This document shows positions 9,591-17,595 of a stretch of 64,000 bases of DNA, piece after piece (positions within the stretch are counted from its first letter, which is position 1; each line of letters begins with the position of its first letter). Made by a program: the position numbers and the translations under genes. This DNA is from an uncultured Candidatus Peribacteria bacterium (GTDB lineage: Bacteria; Patescibacteriota; Gracilibacteria; UBA1369; UBA12473): positions 7,066 through 71,065 of the forward strand of contig CAYTES010000001.1 of assembly GCA_964436935.1 (NCBI GenBank), given 5' to 3'. Under the pieces are notes generated by a model that was not told the DNA's origin, searched no databases, and was given only the letters and a program-made list of their open reading frames with translations.

Positions 9591-10541
9591 CTAAGATTTC
9601 ATGATAGGACTGATGGAACGATCTTCATGCACATAATGAATCACCTTTCCTAACAAGGGAGCAACCGTTAAAAATCTCATATTGGGCAAACGCTTTTCAG
9701 GCGACAAAGGCAAGGAATCCGTCACAATAATTTCCTTAAAATTGGCTTGCCTCAAGCGATCCACGCAAGGCGGAGAAAAAACAGCGTGAATGGACCCGAG
9801 ATAAATTTCATCCTGAGCCCCGGCTTCACGAAGGGCTTGAGCCGCCGCAACAACCGACCCTCCGGTATCAATCATGTCATCAAAAATAATGGGAATCTTT
9901 CCCTTCACATCCCCCACGATAGAAAGCACTTCCACCTGATTATGACCGGGCCGATTCTTATTCACAATCGCAATATCCGTATTCAAACAGTCCGCCAAAC
10001 GCTTCGCCGCCTTGGCACCTCCGGCATCGGTCGCCACCATCACCACATTCTTCAATTTCTTCTTTTTAAAATAATCGGCAAAGAGCGTATGGGCATGCAA
10101 ATTATCCACCGGAAAACTAAAGAATCCCTGGGTTTGACCGGAATGCAACGACAACGTGATCAAATGGGTAGCCCCGGCAGTGGAAATAAGATCCGCCATC
10201 AACCGCGCCGAAATGGGTTCGCGCGGAGAGGCCACACGATCTTGTCGTCCATAAGCGTAGTACGGCATCACCACATGAATACTATGAGCAAATGACCGCT
10301 TAAAGGCATCCAGCATGATAAAGAGCTCCATCATGTCTTCATTCACCCGTTCCGTGGCGGATTGAATCACAAAAACATCACAACCGCGGACCGATTCTCC
10401 GGGTTTTGCATAAATCTCTCCACTCGCAAAACACTTAATCTCCATGGGAGAAAGAGGCATTTTGAGATGATCGGCAATGGCCTGCGCCAACTGAGGGTGA
10501 GAGCTTCCGGAAAAAATTTTAAGCGGATTGCGCTGGGCCAT
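9591..10541 (-). CDS. prs: ribose-phosphate pyrophosphokinase
   Basis: LHSGQTQGFF, VATDAGGAKAAKRLA, and PRPP loop IIFDDMIDTGGS; 316 aa. Confidence 0.95.
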   Translation of the reverse strand: MAQRNPLKIFSGSSHPQLAQAIADHLKMPLSPMEIKCFASGEIYAKPGESVRGCDVFVIQSATERVNEDMMELFIMLDAFKRSFAHSIHVVMPYYAYGRQDRVASPREPISARLMADLISTAGATHLITLSLHSGQTQGFFSFPVDNLHAHTLFADYFKKKKLKNVVMVATDAGGAKAAKRLADCLNTDIAIVNKNRPGHNQVEVLSIVGDVKGKIPIIFDDMIDTGGSVVAAAQALREAGAQDEIYLGSIHAVFSPPCVDRLRQANFKEIIVTDSLPLSPEKRLPNMRFLTVAPLLGKVIHYVHEDRSISPIMKS

Positions 10542-10581
10542 ATGTAAAAATGAAGGACATCATTATTATAGCCTATTTTTA

Positions 10582-10778
10582 TAAGGATCTCCCGCAAAAT
10601 ACAATTAACTTTGAAAAATCATAAATTTTCGGTCGCTTCAAGGCAAAGCGAGGAAGGCCGGGCCCCCTTGAAAGGGGCGCGATTAGATACGTTGACGAGC
10701 TCGGGCCCCCGAAGGGGAGCGGAAGCGGACGGAAAGAATGATTTTTTCATGGTAAGGGTATTTTGCGGGAGATCCTTA
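10582..10778 (+). repeat. ~200-nt extended hairpin element, copy R2
   Basis: Perfect 21-bp terminal inverted repeat: TAAGGATCTCCCGCAAAATAC (10582-10602) and its complement (10758-10778). A second imperfect arm pair lies at 10612-10639 and 10721-10749, with T-G pairs. The GC-rich apex holds two small hairpins (GCCCC-TTGAAA-GGGGC and CCCC-GAA-GGGG). Confidence 0.7.
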
Positions 10779-10827
10779 AGTGAGAAAACAACAGATTAAG
10801 AAGCTTAAACTTCCTCTTAGGCTCTTG

Positions 10828-10967
10828 AACGAAATAAGTTGATAAAATTGAAACGTAGACACCCAATCGGCTAGGCGCGAAGAGCAAGCATGCCAAAATA
10901 TGTAAGCCATGAGCAACGAAGTCCGTGAGGGATTGATACGTTTCCAAGGTCGTAAGTTATTTCGTTA
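10828..10967 (+). repeat. conserved-core hairpin element, divergent copy R5
   Basis: Outer arms AACGAAATAA(G)TT (10828-10840) and AA(G)TTATTTCGTT (10954-10966). Inner stem GAAACGTA/TACGTTTC. The core GAGCAAGCAT...CGTGAGGGATTG resembles the 5' and 3' boxes of R4b. The element ends 7 nt from the stop of the DUF192 gene. Confidence 0.5.
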
Positions 10968-10974
10968 CAGAGCC

Positions 10975-11496
10975 TTAGTCTTGTTGCTCTTGAAGCTGAA
11001 TCGTATCGCCAATAGAAATCCCTTCTGCATCCGCCATACCCCCGGTGATCTCAAGCGCGTATTTCACTTTTTCAACGGAGCTCGTGTATTCACAATTTTT
11101 CTGTTCAGGATCGACTTGAAAACAAGGAGGTAAATTTTGGGCGATGCTCACCACTTTAAATTTTGAATCCACAAAAAGAATATCCAAAGGAATAAGAGTA
11201 TCCTTCATCCAAAAAGTCTTCACCGTTTCATCTTGAAACACAAACCACATCCCCTGATTACTTCCTAAATGAGCCACATACTGAAGTCCACGCTTACGCT
11301 CTTCAAATGAATCGGCAATGACGACCTCAAAATCAACCACATCCCCATCCATCTGAACTACGGAAAGCGGCTTCAATTGATAATACTCATCCACCAAGTC
11401 GGAACCGCGAGAAGCAAAAGGATTTCCAAATATAAAAAATAATCCACCCCCCACAAGTAAACCCAAAATAAAAGTAACGGCAGGACGGAGAGACAT
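10975..11496 (-). CDS. DUF192 (COG1430) family protein
   Basis: N-terminal TM/signal, then RKRGLQYV...NQGMWFVF...FWMKDTLIPLDILFVD, typical of DUF192. Confidence 0.8.
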   Translation of the reverse strand: MSLRPAVTFILGLLVGGGLFFIFGNPFASRGSDLVDEYYQLKPLSVVQMDGDVVDFEVVIADSFEERKRGLQYVAHLGSNQGMWFVFQDETVKTFWMKDTLIPLDILFVDSKFKVVSIAQNLPPCFQVDPEQKNCEYTSSVEKVKYALEITGGMADAEGISIGDTIQLQEQQD

Positions 11497-11499
11497 AAT

Positions 11500-12312
11500 T
11501 TAAACAATAGAAGATAGGAAACGTTTCGCCTCTTCCACTTCAAAAGAAGAAAAAGCCGTATCGGCATAATAATCTTTTCCCTCGGCAAACGGAACACCTT
11601 TTCCCAAAAGAGAGGGCAGGAAAACAAACGTGGGACGACGATGATCTTCTTTAGCCTTCAACAGTGCAAATAAAATTTGCTCGTGATCCTGGCCATCCAA
11701 CGCTTTAATGATCCTCCATCCAAATGCCTGGAACTTGTCCGCCACCGGTTGAAGTTTAGCAAGGCCAGTATGAACTCCAAGCGCGACCACATGACCCAAT
11801 CGCTCATAGGCAATGTCCATGGCCGCTTCCCAAGTACTTCCATTAATCAAATCATCGTCATCCAAAAGGACATAAACCAAATTTGATTTTTTATGGCTAA
11901 AAAGTTCGCGCGCCAATTCATGCGCGTGCCGAAGTCCTTCCCCTGAAGCTTGAATCGTCTTCTCCACTCCGGGAACTTCTGACGAAATTCCATTGGGCAA
12001 TAGACCCCCAAACTGCCCAAAAGATTCCAGCAATCGCTCATCAAAAAAACGGGCCCTCGCCAAACACGCATAAAATGCCGTGACTACCTTGGGACAAGAT
12101 AACAAAAGATAATCTCGCTGCTCCCAAAGGGGACGGGAGGAATCATAATTAAAAAGCGGCCGACGATTCAAATTCCCAAAATAAAGCACGGTCAAAAGAT
12201 CCACATACGCCAGGGACCGACCGGTATATCCAAATCCGGCACGATGAATCATCTCCAAAATCTGAAGTCGAAATCCATCAGCCAGAGAATTAAGCTCGGG
12301 AAGATTCATCAT
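11500..12312 (-). CDS. transketolase N-terminal-subunit-like protein, probably catalytically degenerate
   Basis: Aligns by eye to split transketolase N subunits (VYVLLDDDDLINGSTWEAAM, KFQAFGWRII..DGQDHEQI, GKGVPFAE), but the GDG of the ThDP motif reads DDD and the conserved His positions are substituted. The start is ambiguous (ATG at 12336, 12312 or 12309) and overlaps the folK 3' end. Confidence 0.7.
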   Translation of the reverse strand: MMNLPELNSLADGFRLQILEMIHRAGFGYTGRSLAYVDLLTVLYFGNLNRRPLFNYDSSRPLWEQRDYLLLSCPKVVTAFYACLARARFFDERLLESFGQFGGLLPNGISSEVPGVEKTIQASGEGLRHAHELARELFSHKKSNLVYVLLDDDDLINGSTWEAAMDIAYERLGHVVALGVHTGLAKLQPVADKFQAFGWRIIKALDGQDHEQILFALLKAKEDHRRPTFVFLPSLLGKGVPFAEGKDYYADTAFSSFEVEEAKRFLSSIV

Positions 12313-12820
12313 ACAAACGCACTGTATCAAGGGCATCGCAACGATTCAATAGCTCGAAAAAAGAACATTTAAAAACCGGATGAATTCCCTCGGAAGCAAT
12401 TTCACACAAAGGCATAAGATCATAGCGACGAGCATAAAAACGAGGGTGGGGAAGTTCCAAGCTTTCGTCACGAAAAATCAAATGATCCATCATCAACACA
12501 TCAATATCAATGATACGCGAGAAATAAGTGGGCTGACCGATAAACGATTCTGTTTTACGCTCGCGGCCCAACCGTCGCTCAATGCTTTGCGTTATGGCTA
12601 AAACATCCTTGGGCAACTTATCCCATTCGCCCATGACCACTTGATTTAAAAACCAAGGCACTTGACCGGCTTCGGGCGAAAAACCGACAGGCTCCGTTTC
12701 ATAAACAGAAGAAGCTTTGATCAAGTTGAAATCATGCTGCTGCAAATAAAAAATAGCATCTCGAAGGCAGCGAGAGCGATCTCCCAGATTGGAACCCAAA
12801 CTCAAATAAACAGAAGCCAT
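12290..12820 (-). CDS. folK: 2-amino-4-hydroxy-6-hydroxymethyldihydropteridine pyrophosphokinase
   Basis: VYLSLGSNLGDR start, SSVYETEPVG, RIIDIDVL pattern; 176 aa. Confidence 0.9.
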   Translation of the reverse strand: MASVYLSLGSNLGDRSRCLRDAIFYLQQHDFNLIKASSVYETEPVGFSPEAGQVPWFLNQVVMGEWDKLPKDVLAITQSIERRLGRERKTESFIGQPTYFSRIIDIDVLMMDHLIFRDESLELPHPRFYARRYDLMPLCEIASEGIHPVFKCSFFELLNRCDALDTVRLYDESSRA

Positions 12821-12885
12821 AAAATCAATTTATTGCCAAATCCATAATCTGTCGAATAAATGGCAACTATGATAGCCTTTCGAGC

Positions 12886-14274
12886 ATGCACCTGCTTTTT
12901 GTTAATCCTCCCAACAGTCCCTTTACAGAAAAAAGTCTTCTCATCGAGCCCGTCGATATTGTGGGATTGGCCTCGTACATGGAATCCATCGGACACACCA
13001 TTACTCTGGTGGATATGGACGTAAAACAATTAAAATCCGATCAACTTGAAAAATCAATTGATGCACTCAATCCCGACTGTGGAATTATTATTTTTGATTA
13101 TCATATCCCCCTCCATACGAGCGAATGCCTCCCGGAAATTCAAGCCATTGCCAAAGCCTTCAAACGCAAAGGGAAAAAAGTAATCGTGGGAGGAAAATAT
13201 GCCACCTACCATCCCGAATTTTTTCTATTTGAAGGTTCTCCCGTCGACATCACCGTATCTCATGAAATGGAAATGGGATTACAAAGTATACTTTCAAAGC
13301 CAAATTGGAATAACATCTCATTAAAAAATACGAAAGGGATTGCATTTTGGGATGGAAAGAAAATAGTACAGACGCCAAGGAACACGATGAAATTCGATTT
13401 AAATCTCTCGCCCGTCACAAATCGTAAAATACTAGAGCTGGAGGACTATATCGACGTTCGGACGATTCTCTCAAGCCGAGGATGCTTCATGAAATGCGAC
13501 TTCTGTCACGTGCCTGGATTTTGGGGACAATGGAGAGCTCAATCCGCGGAAAAAGTGGTGGATGAAATCGAAAATTTGGCCCTCAATTACGGCGCTTACA
13601 AAATTTTATTTTTAGATGACAATGCAACGGCAAACCCAAAAAGAATGCGCGACATTTCAAAATCCATCCTAAAACGAAATTTAAAAGTACGCCTGGGCTG
13701 CCTGGGAACGATTGCCTCGTTTGAAGCATCCACAATGAAACTGATGTTTGAGGCCGGCTTCAGATGGATCCATTACGGGATAGAATCCGGTGACGACAGC
13801 ATGCTCAAGGCCATCCATAAACGGACCAACCACGAAAAAATAAAAGACGTAATTCATCAAACAAAAAAAATGGGCTTCAGGGTACGAACCAGCTGGATAC
13901 TGGATTTACCCCATACCACCGCCGAGACCCTACAAAACACCTACAACTTAATGATGTCACTTGAAAGCGATGAAATTCGCATTCACTATTTGGCGTTAAG
14001 AATGGGAAGTCACTACTACGAAAAATATGGAGAAAAACAACTCACGCAACAATACATTCACAAAGGACGGCCCAATGTTTTTTTAACCCAAGAGGATGTG
14101 GATTTGAATGCGTTTGAAAACAAATTGATTGAGCAACTTCAATCCAAAAACTACACACTCGTTCGAAATGCAAAAGATTTTTCCAACCTGGATGAACTCA
14201 AGAAAAAAAATCCGAAAATGAAAATAGTTTCCACCTGCCCGCTTCGTTATGGAATTAACTGGGAAAACCAATGA
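12886..14274 (+). CDS. B12-binding-domain radical SAM protein
   Basis: N-terminal LLFVNPP..VDIVGLASY..TLVDMD (cobalamin-binding-like Rossmann segment), followed by the CxxxCxxC cluster SRGCFMKCDFCHV. Confidence 0.85.
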   Translation: MHLLFVNPPNSPFTEKSLLIEPVDIVGLASYMESIGHTITLVDMDVKQLKSDQLEKSIDALNPDCGIIIFDYHIPLHTSECLPEIQAIAKAFKRKGKKVIVGGKYATYHPEFFLFEGSPVDITVSHEMEMGLQSILSKPNWNNISLKNTKGIAFWDGKKIVQTPRNTMKFDLNLSPVTNRKILELEDYIDVRTILSSRGCFMKCDFCHVPGFWGQWRAQSAEKVVDEIENLALNYGAYKILFLDDNATANPKRMRDISKSILKRNLKVRLGCLGTIASFEASTMKLMFEAGFRWIHYGIESGDDSMLKAIHKRTNHEKIKDVIHQTKKMGFRVRTSWILDLPHTTAETLQNTYNLMMSLESDEIRIHYLALRMGSHYYEKYGEKQLTQQYIHKGRPNVFLTQEDVDLNAFENKLIEQLQSKNYTLVRNAKDFSNLDELKKKNPKMKIVSTCPLRYGINWENQ

Positions 14275-14948
14275 CCTATTCACGCTATTGCCTTGGAGTC
14301 ACGGGTGGAATCGCAACGGGAAAAAGCTCCGTTTGCGACTATTTTTTAAAGTTGACCAAAGAAAAAAAAGCACCCTGCCAAGTGATCTCGATTGACGAAT
14401 TGAGACGCTTTATCCTCACACGATCCAAATCGATAAAAAATATTGAACTGAGAAAAAAGCTGTCACAAAAATTGAACCTAAAAGCAGGGGCACCCTTTTT
14501 TTATATTGGAGGAGAAGCACTCGGCAATCGAATTTTTTATGACGAAAAATCAATGGATCAGTATCGTTCACTCCTTTTACCTGAGCTTCACGATGTTTTG
14601 TCAAAAAAACTCAAAAAAGCAAAAAGCATGATCATTATCGAATGGGCTTGTTTGATCGAAGACAATTTTCTCCCCTTAACAAGCCACCTCATTCTAACCC
14701 ACTGTCCTCCCAAAGTGCAAAAAAAGAGACTCGCGATGAATGCCGATATCTCCCTGGCTCAATTGAAGAAACGTCTCGCCGGTCAATCATCATTCATTTG
14801 GAAAAAATCGGCATTTAAAAAATATTGTGACAGCGTTCCAATAAAGGACCGACCTCAACTCTCTATCCTGGATACGAGCGTTCCGAACGAAAAATCTTAT
14901 CAAAACCTTTTTAATTTGATTCTAAAAAACTCATATCATGAGCTTTAA
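14271..14948 (+). CDS. dephospho-CoA-kinase-like P-loop kinase
   Basis: GVTGGIATGKSSV P-loop at the N-terminus, as in CoaE. Its start overlaps the upstream stop (ATGA). Confidence 0.65.
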   Translation: MTYSRYCLGVTGGIATGKSSVCDYFLKLTKEKKAPCQVISIDELRRFILTRSKSIKNIELRKKLSQKLNLKAGAPFFYIGGEALGNRIFYDEKSMDQYRSLLLPELHDVLSKKLKKAKSMIIIEWACLIEDNFLPLTSHLILTHCPPKVQKKRLAMNADISLAQLKKRLAGQSSFIWKKSAFKKYCDSVPIKDRPQLSILDTSVPNEKSYQNLFNLILKNSYHEL

Positions 14949-16851
14949 AACAAAAAAATACTCCTTTTGTCTCTTCCGCATTCCAGAAAAAGGAGGGCGC
15001 ATCATCTGGGAAATCACCAATACATGCAACTATTCCTGCTCCTATTGCATATTCAGTTCGGATTATCACCAAAAACCAAACGAATTGGGAACAGAAGAAG
15101 TAAAAAGGGTACTGAATGAACTATGGGAAGCCAACTTCCGCTACATCAAATTCACCGGAGGTGAACCGTTCATGCGAAAAGACTTTCTCGATATTTTACA
15201 ATACGCTTACGATAAAGGATTTGAGTTGGACATCTCGACCAATGCCTCATTCATCAACGAAGAAACACTCATCAAACTGAAAGAAATTAAAATCCCAATG
15301 GTTCACGTGAGTCTCGATGGCCCCAATACTGAGACTCAAGAATTGGTGAGAGGAAAAGGCACGTTCAAACGAACGCTCGAAGGCATCGAAAAACTAACAC
15401 GGGAAGGATTACACGTACGAATAGGAACCGTTATTTTCAAGGAAAATCAGGACCAATTGGAAGAAATAGCAAGATTGTGTTGTGCCCTCAATGCAAAAGA
15501 GCTCCTTTTTTCACGGATGGAGCCGGTAGGTCGAATGCGCGGAGACGAAAGTCATGTCACCACCTATTCCAATGAAAAACTAATTGAAAAAATTGAATTT
15601 CTAGAAAAAAAATATGCTTCTCAGATTGAAATTCAACACCGATTTTCAGAAAATTCACCGGCGGGCTGCGGACAATGCCCGGGTGGAGACAAATTTCTTT
15701 ACATCGATCATAAAGGACGAGTTTCACCTTGCACGTGGGTGTCGGAATTCTTTCCTCAGTATGTGGACGAAAAAACGCTTCACAAAATGTCGCTTTCAAA
15801 TCTATTGGAAGAAAAAGCCATGAAGCATTATAAAAAACTGACCGGAAATTTAAAAACGTTGGGATGCCCGGCAAAATTCCCTAAAGAAATAAAAAAAATA
15901 GAAGCGTTGGAAGGGATATTTAAAGACATGGAAAACACGGTAAAAAACGGCCCGCGTTTTTCAAAATATTCAGCACTTTATGCGTTCACCACAGAAAATA
16001 TTGCCGACTACTACACGCATTTAGACTTTGAAAATAAGGATATTTTAATGATTGGCGGCTCGGGAGATCATTTGGTCAACGCCTATCTATTGGGAGCAAA
16101 ATCCATAGTATGCTGCGACTCAAACCAATTGGCGGAATTTTATGTGAATCTCAAAATTGAAGCTCTAAAAAAATTGAACTTTAACGATTTTAAGAAATTC
16201 TTTTTACGGAATAATGAAGAAAAAAGTAACGTATTTTCCTATACCATTTATAAGGAATTAAGAAGCGACCTAACCGCATCCAGTCGGTATTTCTTTGATC
16301 ATATTTATAAAAAATTCAACTTTGACGGCCAAAAAATAAGAGAATCTTATCTCTTCAACAACAAATATGACCTGTCGATAAAAAAAATAAGATACAACCT
16401 CTATTTAAAAAACGAAAAAAGATACCAAAAAACACAAAAAATGCTCCTCGATAAAAAAATGGAATGGATAGCCCATCCCATCGAATCAGTGGTACAAAAC
16501 AGACTGATGCTTTTAAAGGATCGTCAATTCGATATCATCCTGCTCTCGAATATTGCCGATTATAGCTCCGCTCATGATCCACAAGGAGATTACCTCACCG
16601 AGTTTAAGAAAAAAATCATCGATCCCCTCTCTCAAAGACTTAAACCTAAGGGAATACTGGCACTGGCCTATCTCTACAAAACCGATTTCACCTCATCACG
16701 ACTCCATTCGGGATTATATCGCTCCGCCATCGATAATCCCTTGGAGCGCAAGCGTGTGTTTAAAGCGTCAACCTCCGATACATATAAAGAAATGACATTC
16801 AAAAGTGCCATTCGAGGAAAAGACAGCCTCTTCTGCCTCATTAAAAATTGA
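14938..16851 (+). CDS. radical SAM / SPASM-twitch protein fused to a DUF3419 (BtaA-like) SAM-binding domain
   Basis: NTCNYSCSYCIF (CxxxCxxC), GGEPFMRKD, and an auxiliary Cys cluster CGQCPGG..HKGRVSPC..LGCP. The C-terminal half (DILMIGGSGDHLVNAYLLGAKSIVCCDSNQLAEFYVNLK) resembles DUF3419/BtaA. Confidence 0.7.
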   Translation: MSFKTKKYSFCLFRIPEKGGRIIWEITNTCNYSCSYCIFSSDYHQKPNELGTEEVKRVLNELWEANFRYIKFTGGEPFMRKDFLDILQYAYDKGFELDISTNASFINEETLIKLKEIKIPMVHVSLDGPNTETQELVRGKGTFKRTLEGIEKLTREGLHVRIGTVIFKENQDQLEEIARLCCALNAKELLFSRMEPVGRMRGDESHVTTYSNEKLIEKIEFLEKKYASQIEIQHRFSENSPAGCGQCPGGDKFLYIDHKGRVSPCTWVSEFFPQYVDEKTLHKMSLSNLLEEKAMKHYKKLTGNLKTLGCPAKFPKEIKKIEALEGIFKDMENTVKNGPRFSKYSALYAFTTENIADYYTHLDFENKDILMIGGSGDHLVNAYLLGAKSIVCCDSNQLAEFYVNLKIEALKKLNFNDFKKFFLRNNEEKSNVFSYTIYKELRSDLTASSRYFFDHIYKKFNFDGQKIRESYLFNNKYDLSIKKIRYNLYLKNEKRYQKTQKMLLDKKMEWIAHPIESVVQNRLMLLKDRQFDIILLSNIADYSSAHDPQGDYLTEFKKKIIDPLSQRLKPKGILALAYLYKTDFTSSRLHSGLYRSAIDNPLERKRVFKASTSDTYKEMTFKSAIRGKDSLFCLIKN

Positions 16852-16855
16852 ATCC

Positions 16856-17545
16856 ATGAGCCTCTCGGGGAAATCGCCTTTTTACTTCGAAAATACAGAG
16901 CTCTACAAACGTTTTTCCGAAACGGAAGATTTTCAGGGAAAAATCGTAAGCCTCCTCGGTCCGATACTCAAAGACAAAGTCGTATTGGATGTGGGGTGCG
17001 GATCGGGAAAATACTTGAAGCTTTTTGCTCCTTACGCAAAAAAAATGATAGGAATCGACCACTCTCCTTATCAGATCGAACACGCCAAAAAACAAACAAA
17101 AAATCTAAAAAATACTCAGGCAATGGAGGAAAAAGCCGAGGCATTACCTTTTGCTGAAAAAGAATTTGATATTATTTTTGCGTCGTGGGTCTTGGGAACC
17201 ATTCCTCAAAAAAGAGTCCAAAAAAAAGCAGTACTGGAGATGAAACGTGTGTTAAAAAAAGGAGGCACCCTTTTGCTAGTCGAAAACGATTCAAAAGGTA
17301 GTTTTGAGTGGATTCGGGGACGCGCCACGAATGGCTCGGGACCAACTAATGACTACAACCGTTGGCTCATCGAAAAAAATGATTTCGTCATCCACAAAAA
17401 AATGAAAACCTGCTTTCAATTTGAATCGCTCAAAGAAGCCAAGCGGGTTTTCGGGGGAATTTGGGGAGATTCAGCGGCAAAAAAAATAAAAAAATCGCAC
17501 ATAGCGCATGACCTTATCATTTTAAAATACGTAAAAATTGACTGA
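16856..17545 (+). CDS. class I SAM-dependent methyltransferase
   Basis: Motif I VLDVGCGSGKY, and LLLVEND post-motif. Start set to ATG 16856, directly after the upstream stop (16849-16851). Confidence 0.85.
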   Translation: MSLSGKSPFYFENTELYKRFSETEDFQGKIVSLLGPILKDKVVLDVGCGSGKYLKLFAPYAKKMIGIDHSPYQIEHAKKQTKNLKNTQAMEEKAEALPFAEKEFDIIFASWVLGTIPQKRVQKKAVLEMKRVLKKGGTLLLVENDSKGSFEWIRGRATNGSGPTNDYNRWLIEKNDFVIHKKMKTCFQFESLKEAKRVFGGIWGDSAAKKIKKSHIAHDLIILKYVKID

Positions 17546-17595
17546 GTAAGAGATAAGGAGTATAATTATACGATTAAAATTAAAAACAAAAACTC

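Noticed and set aside
10582-10778. A firm MITE call with target-site duplication.
   Set aside because: The inverted repeat extends into the flanks (TAAGG/CCTTA), so a duplication cannot be distinguished from the repeat. Only one copy of these termini is visible in the window.
10611-10799. The 62-aa ORF inside the 200-nt hairpin.
   Set aside because: It is created by the palindromic repeat itself. The product is R/G/A-rich with no start context, and it lies between two co-directional minus-strand genes.
12860-13024. A 54-codon W-rich ORF (MATMIAFRACTCF...) upstream of and overlapping the first radical SAM gene, considered as a possible RiPP precursor.
   Set aside because: It overlaps the radical SAM coding region by ~140 nt in another frame, and the radical SAM N-terminus (MHLLFVNPP) looks genuine. 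There is no independent support.
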